A stretch of 64,000 bases of DNA from Deltaproteobacteria bacterium (lineage in GTDB: Bacteria > Desulfobacterota > Desulfomonilia > UBA1062): the NCBI GenBank assembly GCA_018433085.1, contig JAHDRW010000028.1:4804-68803 (forward strand), in the 5' to 3' direction. The notes beneath the pieces were generated by a model, which worked only from the letters and a program-made list of their open reading frames with translations, had not been told where the DNA came from and ran no database searches. Numbering within the stretch: position 1 is the first letter of the stretch; each line of letters opens with the position of its first letter. The position numbers were made by a program, and so were the translations under genes. Positions 39,280 through 49,118 of the stretch are shown here, one piece after another.

Positions 39280-40704
39280 CTATCCGGGGTTGCGGTCTCC
39301 GAGCCATTTGGAGACGATCCGGAAGCGGTCTGCTCCGGGTGCCCCTTTCAGAAAACCGCCCTCCTTCATGACCATCCTGACCTTGCTGACGACACCCAGA
39401 TCCTCCAGGGGGTTTCCCTCCACAGCGATCATGTCCGCGATCCTGCCCGGACCAATGGTGCCGATCCGGTCGCCCATGCCCAGGATCGAGGCGTTGCCCG
39501 ACGTGGCGAGCACGAGCACCTGTGCAGGGGTGAGGCCTGCGAGTTGGAGCCGTTTGAGCTCTTCGGCATAGAAAACCCCGAACAGGGCGGTGGGAAGGCC
39601 GCCCGAGTCGGTGCCCACGCCCACACGGCCTCCCGCATGGAGGATCCGGCCAACGTTGGCCAGGGCATGGGGGAACCCGCGAGCGATGAGGGGCAGATCG
39701 AAACAGGGTTTCGTCCGGTATGTGCTCTGCGGAGGCGGGTAAGGGTCTGTGCGGTAGTTGCGGATGTGCTGCCTCACCTGCCGTAAGGGTTCGGTCTCCA
39801 GGAAGGCCGGCCCTTGCTCGTCAAGCACGGCATCCACGGTTTGCCAGAGCTCGTCGCTCCCGACGTCCAGGCAGGCCAGCGTGGGGTTCAGAACCATTCC
39901 CCGCGCCGCAAACTCGACGGCAACCTCGTCGGGGATCTCCTCCAGCGGGCTGTGCTCGAAGGTGTCGACCCCCATGGACATGGCGTACTCCAGGTCTTCG
40001 AGCCCGCTGATGTGGCAGCACACCTTTCTGCCAAAGCGCCGGGCCGTGTCCATGACCGCCCGGAAGGTGTCCCGGTCGAGCACGGGAAGCTCGCCGCCTC
40101 CCAGCAGCCACGAGCGGTTCTGGCAGTAGACCTTGATCCACTGAGCGCCCCGCCGGATCATCTCGCCTGTCTGCCGGGCCGCCTCTTCGGGACTGCCGAC
40201 CCGTTCGGCGTACTGCCCGCCGAGAAAGGCCTTCACGAAATACCCGAACGAGGGCACCCAGTCCGGGCATCCCCCGGGTGCGGCGATGCACGAGTTGCAT
40301 CGGATGATCCGGGGCCCGGGGATGTCGCCGCTGTCGATCGCGGAGGCGAGACTCGAGAGCCTCCCGAGGAAGCCGCCGGCATCCCGCACCGTGGTGATGC
40401 CCGCCTCGATGCAAGCCCTGGCGTTGCGCTCGATCTGGCGCCCCATGGCAAAGAGTGCCCGGGGAGTCACCTGGTGCATGAAGGGGACGGTGATATGTAC
40501 GTGGGTGTCGATGAGACCGGGCATGAGCGTGAGCCCTCCGAGGTCCACCGGGGTGAATGCCCCGGCCCCGTCAGCCGCATTGCCTTTCTCCACGGCCTTG
40601 ATCTTCCCGTCCTCCACCAGCACCGATCTGTTATCCAGGAGTCTGCCCCGCACGCTGTCGAAGAGCCGGCAATTGAAGAGAACAAGCCGGTTGTCGAATT
40701 TCAT
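39280..40704 (-). CDS. Amidohydrolase-family metal-dependent hydrolase
   Basis: LMPGLIDTHVHI metal-binding HxH motif, TIM-barrel amidohydrolase pattern. RBS AGGAGG. Confidence 0.75.
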   Translation of the reverse strand: MKFDNRLVLFNCRLFDSVRGRLLDNRSVLVEDGKIKAVEKGNAADGAGAFTPVDLGGLTLMPGLIDTHVHITVPFMHQVTPRALFAMGRQIERNARACIEAGITTVRDAGGFLGRLSSLASAIDSGDIPGPRIIRCNSCIAAPGGCPDWVPSFGYFVKAFLGGQYAERVGSPEEAARQTGEMIRRGAQWIKVYCQNRSWLLGGGELPVLDRDTFRAVMDTARRFGRKVCCHISGLEDLEYAMSMGVDTFEHSPLEEIPDEVAVEFAARGMVLNPTLACLDVGSDELWQTVDAVLDEQGPAFLETEPLRQVRQHIRNYRTDPYPPPQSTYRTKPCFDLPLIARGFPHALANVGRILHAGGRVGVGTDSGGLPTALFGVFYAEELKRLQLAGLTPAQVLVLATSGNASILGMGDRIGTIGPGRIADMIAVEGNPLEDLGVVSKVRMVMKEGGFLKGAPGADRFRIVSKWLGDRNPG

Positions 40705-40782
40705 CCATCCTCCTGTGCGCCGGAAAAGATCCGTTCGGGAAAGTGCGCAGAGACAGGGTGCGAGGTCATTGTTCCCGGGCCC

Positions 40783-41985
40783 TCATGCCGGGAAGGCGGT
40801 CGTCTCTGTCAGACGTTTTCTCAGGTCGTCCTGCACGTTCCCGTCAACCGGCTCGATAACGACCCCCGGTACCCCGCCCGATATCCGGCAGGCATGCATG
40901 AGGACCCGGTCGTCCCAGAGCGTGTGGATGTCGTTCTTGGTGAATGTCTCGGAAAACAGGGCCTGGCCCATGCCGCCCAGCATGCTCACCACATAGCGGT
41001 TGCCCATTCTTGCGACCAGCCGGCTGGTGTCCAGGAACCCGTCCTTTTTTGAAGAGGGCATCACCTGCCTGTTTTCCAGCAGCCATGCCAGCGATACCAT
41101 GTCATGAGCGGGCAGCGACGACGACGCGATGACCAGCCCGTTTTGGGGCTCGGAGACATACCCGTCATCCGGCCCGAAGGTGGCGAGGATCTTGTCGGCA
41201 GCGGTCACGACCAGGCGCTGCTTTGTGCGCAGGGTTTCCACCGTGTTGCCTTCCGCGGTCTTTTCCTGGAGGGTGGACGCCTCCCGGTGATACTCCAGAC
41301 GCGTGTCGGTACGCCAGTAGCCGACCGCGGCCTTCAGGCCGAGGGTGCTGCCTGCCAACACGTGACGGGCGCATCTGGGCATGAGCACGATGTGATCCAT
41401 CTGTTTGAGGATGACGGGCATCATGATGCCGGTTCTCCAGTGCGACCCTGCCGCCGGAGCTTCCTCATAAAAGGCGTCCCAGCCCGCCTCTTCGAAGAAA
41501 TGCAGTTCTCCGCCCGCGGCAAGCACGGCCCGGGCCATGCCGGATGCCTCCATCAGGCTCCGCGAGCTGCCGGAGAGCTTTTCCGGAGAGAGCTTTACGT
41601 GCTCGATGCCTGACATGTCCCCCACCACCACCCGCCCGGCACCTCGGTCCTTGAGGAGCTCGATCATGGCCCCGATGGCTGCAGGGCTGGTGGTGGCCGG
41701 GTAGGGATTGCCGGAATTCAGGACCGGCTTGATAAACACGCTATCCCCCCTGGACAGCCAGGAGAAATCCGAAGCCGCCTCCGCGGCTGCGCGAACGGCG
41801 CGGCGGACAATTTCCTCACCGGATCCCCTGCTCACTCCCGCCAGGAACACGGTTGCATCCCTTCCCCGGGCAGGCACACCAAGGTCCGGTGCCTTGGCGC
41901 TGGTCTCCAGGGTTCCCCCTGCACATGAAGAAACAGCCGCGGCCGCCGAGCCTGCCACCAGTCTCAGAAAGTCTCTCCGTTTCAT
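40783..41985 (-). CDS. Tat-exported DUF362 domain protein
   Basis: Twin-arginine signal MKRRDFLRLVAGSAAAAV. DUF362-like central region. RBS GGAGGGGG. Confidence 0.55.
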   Translation of the reverse strand: MKRRDFLRLVAGSAAAAVSSCAGGTLETSAKAPDLGVPARGRDATVFLAGVSRGSGEEIVRRAVRAAAEAASDFSWLSRGDSVFIKPVLNSGNPYPATTSPAAIGAMIELLKDRGAGRVVVGDMSGIEHVKLSPEKLSGSSRSLMEASGMARAVLAAGGELHFFEEAGWDAFYEEAPAAGSHWRTGIMMPVILKQMDHIVLMPRCARHVLAGSTLGLKAAVGYWRTDTRLEYHREASTLQEKTAEGNTVETLRTKQRLVVTAADKILATFGPDDGYVSEPQNGLVIASSSLPAHDMVSLAWLLENRQVMPSSKKDGFLDTSRLVARMGNRYVVSMLGGMGQALFSETFTKNDIHTLWDDRVLMHACRISGGVPGVVIEPVDGNVQDDLRKRLTETTAFPA

Positions 41986-42472
41986 TGGGTCCCCCTCCAT
42001 GGCGCCGGCATTGTAATTTCTCTCATCTGTGCATACAGGCCCCTTATCCGCGAACCGGTCCCCGGGCATGTTTTTTCTCGGATGTCCGCAGCCAGGATGA
42101 CCGGTCTTTGCCGTTGGATCGGGTGAGCTCGTTTCGTTGCCGGCTGGATAATTATACTCCCTTCAGGCCTTTTCTCAAAACATGATTTTTCCGGTCCACT
42201 GTTCTGAAGATCCCCTTCCGGCCGGTCAACAGGGTTGCATGAGGAAACCGGAAGGCGCTTGTAGACTATCCGGGTGCATGCCCCGTCATAGTGGAAAAGA
42301 AACCCTGTACAAGCCCTGTTCTTTGTGATCGGATGCGTGATTACGGCCCTGAGAGGCATTAAGGGCCGGCCGGGACGGGCACAGGGTCCAGGGGGAAAGG
42401 AAAGCCCCCTGAGTTCGCGGCGGGAGAATCTGGAAAGAAACGGGACAAAAGGAAAGGGAACTCGAGGCGGGA

Positions 42473-43930
42473 ATGAAGAAAATCCTCATGGGAAGAAAAG
42501 AGAAGCACCGGACCCGGGCGTGCCTCCTCCTGTTGCCAGCGATTCTGTTGCTCGCCGGGTGCATGACCGTGGGGCCCGATTATATCGTTCCGGAGCCCGG
42601 TGCGCCTCCGGCGTGGAACGCCGGGCTCGGCGACCGCCTGATAACCGGGAAGACAGACCCGGAAGAGCTGGCGCGCTGGTGGGAGACCTTTGAGGACCCG
42701 GTGCTGGCCTCCCTGATGGACCGGGCGGTGAAGGGAAACCCGGACCTGAAGGAGGCGTCGGCCCGGGTTCGCGAGGCGCGAGCCAGGCGGGCCGCCGCAG
42801 GCGCAGGGATGTTCCCTGCGCTCGACTCCACGGCCTCCTTTCAGCGGAGCGGCGACAGCGAGTCGGCGCGCAACCTCTATTCAACGGGGTTCGATGCCCG
42901 GTGGGAGATCGACCTGTTCGGCGGGGTCCGCAGGTCCGTGGAGGCTGCGGGCGCAGATCTCCAGGCCGCGGGAGAGGCGATGAACGACACCCTGGTTAGC
43001 CTGACCGCCGAGGTGGCCCTGAACTATGTGGAGGTGCGGGCTTTTCAGGCCCGGTTGGAAACCGCCGAGGCGAACCTGGCTCTCCAGGAGGAGACCTACC
43101 GGCTTCAGCAGGCTCTCGTGCAGGCCGGGCTCAGCGATGGGCTCGCGCTCCAGCGGGCCCGGTCCAACCTGGAGAGCACCCGAGCCCTGGTCCCGTCTCT
43201 GCGCGCCTCTCTCGAAGGGGCCAAGAACCGGCTCGCCGTGCTCCTGGGCGAACGCCCCGGAGCGGTTCACGAAGAGCTCGCCCGGAGCAGGCCCGTGCCC
43301 ATGGTGCCCCCGGAGGTTTCCGTTGACGCCCCCGCCGACATCCTCAGGCGCAGGCCCGACGTGCGGCGTGCGGAGCGCGAGCTCGCGGCCCAGAGCGCGC
43401 GGGTGGGCGTGGCCATGGCGGATCTCTATCCCAGGATCACGCTGAACGGCTCCATCGGCCTGAGCGCCCTCTCCTCCGGGGATCTCCTCACGGCCGGAAG
43501 CCGGACCTTCGGCTACGGACCCCGCATCACTTTGCCCATCTTCTCCGCAGGCTCGATCCGTGCGGGGATCGATGCCCGGTCCGCGCTGCAGGAGCAGGCG
43601 CTTATCCGGTATGAGGCTGCGGTTCTAATCGCCCTGGAGGAGGTGGAGAACGCCCTCACCGCCTACGCGCAGGAACAGGTGCGGAGAGTCTCTCTCCAGG
43701 AATCCGCGCAGGCGGCTCAGGAAGCGGCTGAGCTCGCGGAATACCAGTACCGCTCAGGGATGGTCGATTTCACCGTTCTGCTCGACACCCAGCGCTCCCT
43801 TCTGTCCGCCCAGGACGAGCTGGCCCGGAACAGCGGCGCGCTCGCGTCCAACCTGGTGAGATTGTACAAGGCGCTCGGAGGCGGGTGGCCGGCACACGAG
43901 GCTGAAGAGTACGAAAGGGGAAAACCATGA
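42473..43930 (+). CDS. Efflux transporter outer membrane factor lipoprotein (NodT/OprM family)
   Basis: Lipobox LLAGC. Two OEP repeats with conserved Gly/Ala pattern. 485 aa. Confidence 0.8.
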   Translation: MKKILMGRKEKHRTRACLLLLPAILLLAGCMTVGPDYIVPEPGAPPAWNAGLGDRLITGKTDPEELARWWETFEDPVLASLMDRAVKGNPDLKEASARVREARARRAAAGAGMFPALDSTASFQRSGDSESARNLYSTGFDARWEIDLFGGVRRSVEAAGADLQAAGEAMNDTLVSLTAEVALNYVEVRAFQARLETAEANLALQEETYRLQQALVQAGLSDGLALQRARSNLESTRALVPSLRASLEGAKNRLAVLLGERPGAVHEELARSRPVPMVPPEVSVDAPADILRRRPDVRRAERELAAQSARVGVAMADLYPRITLNGSIGLSALSSGDLLTAGSRTFGYGPRITLPIFSAGSIRAGIDARSALQEQALIRYEAAVLIALEEVENALTAYAQEQVRRVSLQESAQAAQEAAELAEYQYRSGMVDFTVLLDTQRSLLSAQDELARNSGALASNLVRLYKALGGGWPAHEAEEYERGKP

Positions 43931-45228
43931 TGAAGGAACACGAACACCCCCAGGCCGACATCGCGAAGATTCTGGAAAACGGCGGCGCGGGTCCTGCCGG
44001 ACATCTGAAACGCCGGATCGTCTGGTCTTTCCTGGTGCTGGCCGCTGTTCTGGCGGTTTTCGCGTGGGGATTCTCCGGCGGCAAGGAGCAGGTCACCTAC
44101 CGTTTTCAGGAGGCCCGGCGCGGGGATCTCACCATCACCGTGAGCGCGACCGGAAACCTCCAGCCCTTGAACCAGGTGGATGTTGGAAGCGAACGCTCCG
44201 GGATCATCCGGAGCGTGGAGGCGGACTACAACGATCAGGTGAAGGTGGGCCAGGTTCTGGCGCGTCTCGATACCGCTATGCTCGAAGCCGAGGTCAGGAA
44301 GGCGTCCGCGGCCCTGGAATCGGCGAAGGCCAAGGTCCTGCAGGCCCAGGCGACCCTGAGGCAGGCCGGTGCGGAACTGGACCGGATGAGGCAGGCCCAC
44401 GAGCTCACCGGCGGCAGGGTGCCGTCCGCCAGGGAGCTGGATGTGGCGGAAGCCGCCCTTGCGAGGGCCAGGGCCGACGAGGCCGCAGCGCGTGCCCAGG
44501 TCTCACAGGCCCGGGCGACCCTGGAGTCGAATCAGACCGATTTTTCCAAGGCCCTGATCCTCTCCCCCATAAACGGCATCGTGCTTTCGCGGAGCGTGGA
44601 GCCGGGCCAGACCGTGGCCGCATCGCTGCAGGCGCCGATCCTGTTCACCCTGGCCGAGGATCTCGCCCGCATGGAGCTGCACGTGGACCTGGACGAGGCG
44701 GACGTGGGCAGGGTAAGGCCGGGGCAGCAGGCGGCGTTCACGGTGGATGCCTATCCGGAGAGGGTATTCCCGGCAGAGGTCGTCCAGGTACGGTACAGCG
44801 CAAAGGCGGAGGCAGGGGTGGTCACCTACGAGACCGTGCTCAGGGTGGACAACACGGAGCTGCTCCTGCGGCCGGGCATGACCGCCACGGCGGATATCAC
44901 GGTCAACGAGATCAATGATGCCGTGCTGGTGCCCAACAGCGCCCTGCGTTTTATGCCCCGCGAGGAAGGAAAAGAGACCCAGGAGAAAAGCAGCATGCTG
45001 AGCAAGCTCATGCCGCGTCCGCCGAGGCACGCCAGGGGAGATTCTCAGAACGGGCGCACCACCGGTGCGGGCAGGACCGAACAGACGGTCTGGATGCTTC
45101 GGCAGGGTTCCCTCGTGTCCCTCCAGGTCACCACCGGGGCCACGGACGGAGTCATGACCGAGATCGTCAAAGGGGAGGTGGAGCCGGGCATGAGCGTCGT
45201 CACGGGAAGCATGAGCATCCACAAATGA
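43927..45228 (+). CDS. Efflux periplasmic adaptor subunit (MacA/HlyD family)
   Basis: N-terminal TM, coiled-coil hairpin, barrel-sandwich domains. ATGA overlap with the upstream gene. Confidence 0.8.
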   Translation: MMKEHEHPQADIAKILENGGAGPAGHLKRRIVWSFLVLAAVLAVFAWGFSGGKEQVTYRFQEARRGDLTITVSATGNLQPLNQVDVGSERSGIIRSVEADYNDQVKVGQVLARLDTAMLEAEVRKASAALESAKAKVLQAQATLRQAGAELDRMRQAHELTGGRVPSARELDVAEAALARARADEAAARAQVSQARATLESNQTDFSKALILSPINGIVLSRSVEPGQTVAASLQAPILFTLAEDLARMELHVDLDEADVGRVRPGQQAAFTVDAYPERVFPAEVVQVRYSAKAEAGVVTYETVLRVDNTELLLRPGMTATADITVNEINDAVLVPNSALRFMPREEGKETQEKSSMLSKLMPRPPRHARGDSQNGRTTGAGRTEQTVWMLRQGSLVSLQVTTGATDGVMTEIVKGEVEPGMSVVTGSMSIHK

Positions 45229-45953
45229 GTGCGACGACCCCTGAATCCATTGAAAGCCCTCTCATCCGGCTGGAGGGCATCACCAAGGTGTACGGCTCGG
45301 GCACTGCGGCGGTTCACGCGCTCAAGGGCGTGGACCTGAAGATCGACAAGGGTGAGTTCGTTGCCGTGATGGGCCCCAGCGGATCGGGCAAGTCCACCTG
45401 CATGAACATTCTGGGTTGCCTGGACACGCCCACCGCGGGCGCTTACCGGTTCAAGGGCGCGGATGTGGGCGTCCTGTCGCGCGACCAGCGGGCGCTCCTG
45501 CGCAGGACCTTTCTCGGCTTCGTTTTTCAGGGCTTCAATCTCCTCAGTCGCACCTCGGCCCTGGAAAATGTCGAGCTCCCCCTGATCTATCGCGGCATCC
45601 CGGCCAGGGAGCGGCATGCAAAGGCACGGGACGCGCTTAAGGCGGTGGGGCTCGACGGGTGGGAATACCACACCCCGGCCGAGCTCTCGGGCGGACAGCA
45701 GCAGCGGGTGGCCATCGCCCGGGCCATGGTGATCGAGCCCGAGGTGCTCATGGCGGACGAGCCTACCGGCAACCTGGACTCCACCAGGAGCCGCGAGATC
45801 ATGGATCTGCTCTGCTCCTTCAACAGGGACAGGGGGGTGACCATCGTCATGGTCACCCACGATGCCCGCATGGCCGGATATGCCGGGCGCATCATCCGGT
45901 TCCTGGACGGCCTCATCGATTCGGAGGAACCCGGCAGGAGACACGCCTTATGA
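45225..45953 (+). CDS. MacB-type ABC transporter ATP-binding protein
   Basis: GPSGSGKST Walker A, LSGGQQQRVAIARA signature, ADEPTGNLD Walker B, VTHD. Confidence 0.85.
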   Translation: MSATTPESIESPLIRLEGITKVYGSGTAAVHALKGVDLKIDKGEFVAVMGPSGSGKSTCMNILGCLDTPTAGAYRFKGADVGVLSRDQRALLRRTFLGFVFQGFNLLSRTSALENVELPLIYRGIPARERHAKARDALKAVGLDGWEYHTPAELSGGQQQRVAIARAMVIEPEVLMADEPTGNLDSTRSREIMDLLCSFNRDRGVTIVMVTHDARMAGYAGRIIRFLDGLIDSEEPGRRHAL

Positions 45954-47161
45954 TCTGGGAGACCGTCATACTGGCGCTGCGCGCCATCCGGCGCAATGTT
46001 CTGCGGTCGTTTCTCACCGTTTTGGGCATCGTGATCGGCGTGGCCGCGGTCATCACCATGGTCACCCTGGGAGACGGTGCCACCGAGCAGGTGAGGGCCG
46101 ACATATCGAGCCTGGGCAGCAACATGCTCCAGGTCCGGCCCGGTCAGGGGTTCCGGGGACCCGGCGGCGTGAGGATGTTTGCCGAGAGGTTCGAGATCTC
46201 CGACGCGCAGGCCATCGAACGGGAGATCGCGGGTCTCCAGGCCGTGGCGCCCATGACGGATCAGTCCGCGCAGGCCATCTATGGAAACCGGAACTGGTCC
46301 ACCTCGGTCATGGGAAGCACGAATGACTATCTCGCTGTCCGCGACTGGCCGCTCGAACAGGGACGTGTCTTTACCGAAGCCGAGCTGAAATCCGGCAGGG
46401 CGGTGTGCATCCTGGGTGCCACCATTGTCAAAGAGCTCTTCGGGGATCAGGACCCCCTGGGGGCCTTTATCCGGCTGGACAGGCTCTCCTGCCAGGTGGT
46501 GGGCGTTCTTGCGTCAAAGGGTCAGTCGAGCTTCGGACAGGATCAGGACGATCTGGTGATGGTTCCCATCAGGACGCTGCAGAGGCGCATTGCAGGCAAT
46601 ACGGACGTGAAGGCGGTCATGGTCTCCGCCATGGACGGTGTTTCCACCGAGACGGTAAAGGGGGATATCGAACGCCTGATGCGCGAGCGGCGCCGCATCC
46701 CTGTGGGACAGGACGACGATTTTCACGTTCGCGACATGCAGGAGATCGTAAGCGCGCTCACGAGCACCACCCGGGTGCTCACCGCCCTGCTGGGCGCGGT
46801 GGCTGCGGTGAGCCTGCTGGTGGGCGGCATCGGGATCATGAACATCATGCTGGTCTCGGTCACGGAGCGCACACGCGAGATCGGCACGCGCCTGGCGATC
46901 GGCGCCCGGGAGAACGAAGTGCTCATGCAGTTCCTGATCGAGGCGGTGGTGCTCTCGTCCCTGGGCGGGCTCTTCGGCATCGCCCTGGGCCTCGGCGCAG
47001 CGGCCCTGGGGGCCCACCTGCTCGGGATGCCCTTTGTGCTCAACCCGGGCATCGTGGTCCTGGCCTTTGTGTTCTCCGCCTCTGTGGGGGTGGTCTTCGG
47101 GTTTTTCCCGGCACGCCGGGCGGCACGCATGGACCCCATCGAGGCCCTGCGGCACGAGTGA
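45950..47161 (+). CDS. MacB-type ABC transporter permease (FtsX-like, MacB periplasmic domain)
   Basis: N-terminal TM, large periplasmic domain, three C-terminal TM helices with the FtsX motif. ATGA overlap with the upstream gene. Confidence 0.8.
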   Translation: MIWETVILALRAIRRNVLRSFLTVLGIVIGVAAVITMVTLGDGATEQVRADISSLGSNMLQVRPGQGFRGPGGVRMFAERFEISDAQAIEREIAGLQAVAPMTDQSAQAIYGNRNWSTSVMGSTNDYLAVRDWPLEQGRVFTEAELKSGRAVCILGATIVKELFGDQDPLGAFIRLDRLSCQVVGVLASKGQSSFGQDQDDLVMVPIRTLQRRIAGNTDVKAVMVSAMDGVSTETVKGDIERLMRERRRIPVGQDDDFHVRDMQEIVSALTSTTRVLTALLGAVAAVSLLVGGIGIMNIMLVSVTERTREIGTRLAIGARENEVLMQFLIEAVVLSSLGGLFGIALGLGAAALGAHLLGMPFVLNPGIVVLAFVFSASVGVVFGFFPARRAARMDPIEALRHE

Positions 47162-47482
47162 GACGCCCCGGCTCCGGGAATTCAGCCTATCCCCTATTTC
47201 AAGCCCGGTTCTTCGCGGTATTCCTCTGGTATCGTCAAGAGGGGGCCTTGTTTTCAAGTGACATTGGCTTTCCGTTCCCAGAGCTTATCATGAATTACAT
47301 CCAGGGCTCCAAAAAGACCGCACACCCTTAAAAACCGGAGGATGCCCGGAATGTGCGTCGTGATGAGTGTACGTAAGTGAGACCAAAGTGCGCCCCCGGG
47401 TGTCCGTGGAATGAGCGGAGCGACGCCCGGTTCCCCTTCTCGAGGGAAAGGGCGGCTCTTTTCGCGAACCAGGAGGACATGC

Positions 47483-48319
47483 ATGAACGATGCCTGGAAC
47501 ATACTGTGGTTGCTGCTCATTGCAGCCATCCTCGTCCCCGTCGTCCAGCAGAAACTGATGCGGGTCAGACGGATGCGGCTCATCAGGACCATCGAGAAGA
47601 AGCGCAGTTCCCGCGTCATCACCCTCATCCACCGGCAGGAAACCATGAAGCTCTTCGGGATCCCCCTCATGAGGTACATCGACATCAACGACTCCGAGGA
47701 TATCCTGCGGGCGATCAGGTTCACGCCTGAGGACATGCCCATTGACGTTATCGTCCACACCCCGGGCGGGCTCGTGCTCTCATCGGAGCAGATCGCCATG
47801 GCCCTGAAGCGGCACAGGGCAAAGGTGACCATCTTCGTCCCGCACTACGCCATGTCCGGCGGAACCCTGCTGTGCCTTGCGGCAGACGAGGTTGCCATGG
47901 ACGGCAACGCTGTTCTGGGACCGGTGGACCCCCAGGTGGGAAAGTACCCGGCCGTTTCCGTCTTGGCGGCGGTGGAGAAAAAGGAACCCAAGGACATCGA
48001 CGATGAGACCTACATCATGGCCGATATCTCGCACAAGGCGCTCAGGCAGATGAGGGAGTTCGTGGAAATCATTCTCTCGGGCGAGAGAGGCCACGAAGAT
48101 GTGGAAAAGATCGTGAAGGCCCTCACCGAAGGCAGGCGGACGCACGATCACCCGATCTTCCTCGAGGATGCGAAAAGGCTGGGGATCAACGTGACCGACC
48201 GCGTCCCGGGCGACATCTACCGGCTCATGGAGCTGTTCCCCCAGGCCGAGCAGCAACGGCCCTCGGTACAGTACGTACCCGTTCCCTACAAGGATGACGG
48301 GCGCGAACCAAAGGAATAG
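47483..48319 (+). CDS. SDH-family serine protease (ClpP/crotonase fold, PF01972-like)
   Basis: N-terminal TM, IDVIVHTPGGLVLSSEQIA...HYAMSGGTLLCLAAD typical of SDH/SppA-like peptidases. RBS AGGAGG. Confidence 0.6.
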   Translation: MNDAWNILWLLLIAAILVPVVQQKLMRVRRMRLIRTIEKKRSSRVITLIHRQETMKLFGIPLMRYIDINDSEDILRAIRFTPEDMPIDVIVHTPGGLVLSSEQIAMALKRHRAKVTIFVPHYAMSGGTLLCLAADEVAMDGNAVLGPVDPQVGKYPAVSVLAAVEKKEPKDIDDETYIMADISHKALRQMREFVEIILSGERGHEDVEKIVKALTEGRRTHDHPIFLEDAKRLGINVTDRVPGDIYRLMELFPQAEQQRPSVQYVPVPYKDDGREPKE

Positions 48320-48528
48320 CGCGCAGGCCGGGTTTTTCTTCCTGTGCTTCCCGGGAAGGACCGGTTGATTTTCTTATCGCCCGTGTTACTTAACTCACTA
48401 TATCTCGAAAGAAGCACATCTCTCCCTTCATGCTGGAACATGATTGCCGGCGTGAATTCTCCAAGCAGCGGCTTCATGCCCGCGAATGCGCGCGGTCCTC
48501 TTTTCGGGAGAGATCCAAGGAGGTACGG

Positions 48529-48816
48529 ATGCAGACGTATATAATCCTGAGCAAGCTGTCCCCCGATGCGCTCAAAGAGCCTGTCATCTACCGGGAGATG
48601 GCGGCCAGGGTTTCGAAGAAGATCAAGGATGAATGCCCCGAGGTCCACTGGAAGCAGAGCTTTGCCGTGCTGGGACGCTTCGATGTGGTGGATGTCGTGG
48701 AGTCGGACAACCCCAAGCAGGTGGAGAAGGCCGCCATGATCATCCGGGCCTTCGGCAACTCCACCACCGAGACCCTGTTCGCCACCCCGTGGCATGAGTT
48801 TCTTGACATGCTGTAA
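48529..48816 (+). CDS. GYD domain protein
   Basis: 95 aa MQTYIILSKLSPDAL...GRFDVVDVVESDN pattern. RBS AAGGAGG. Confidence 0.6.
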   Translation: MQTYIILSKLSPDALKEPVIYREMAARVSKKIKDECPEVHWKQSFAVLGRFDVVDVVESDNPKQVEKAAMIIRAFGNSTTETLFATPWHEFLDML

Positions 48817-49118
48817 CCGGCTCCGGTATCAGCGGCAAGGAATTTTTGAGAACATTTGCCATGCCACGATTGCCTCAGACAGGCCGACCGCCCGGATGTG
48901 CGTTCACGGGCCGGTCGTGACCGGCCTGTATCTCCGGTCTGCCATTCCGTTTCGTACTTCCGCTCTGCCTTCCTCCGGCAGGTTTTTAAGCCGCAGGGGA
49001 CTGTTTCTTCTGAATAAATTTCCTCGGGCAGGGCCGGACACGCTATTCTTCCCCTGCCGTTGTTCTTGATATGAAAGGGCAGGGTACTTAGTATTTAGCT
49101 TACTGGAGGAGGTTTACC

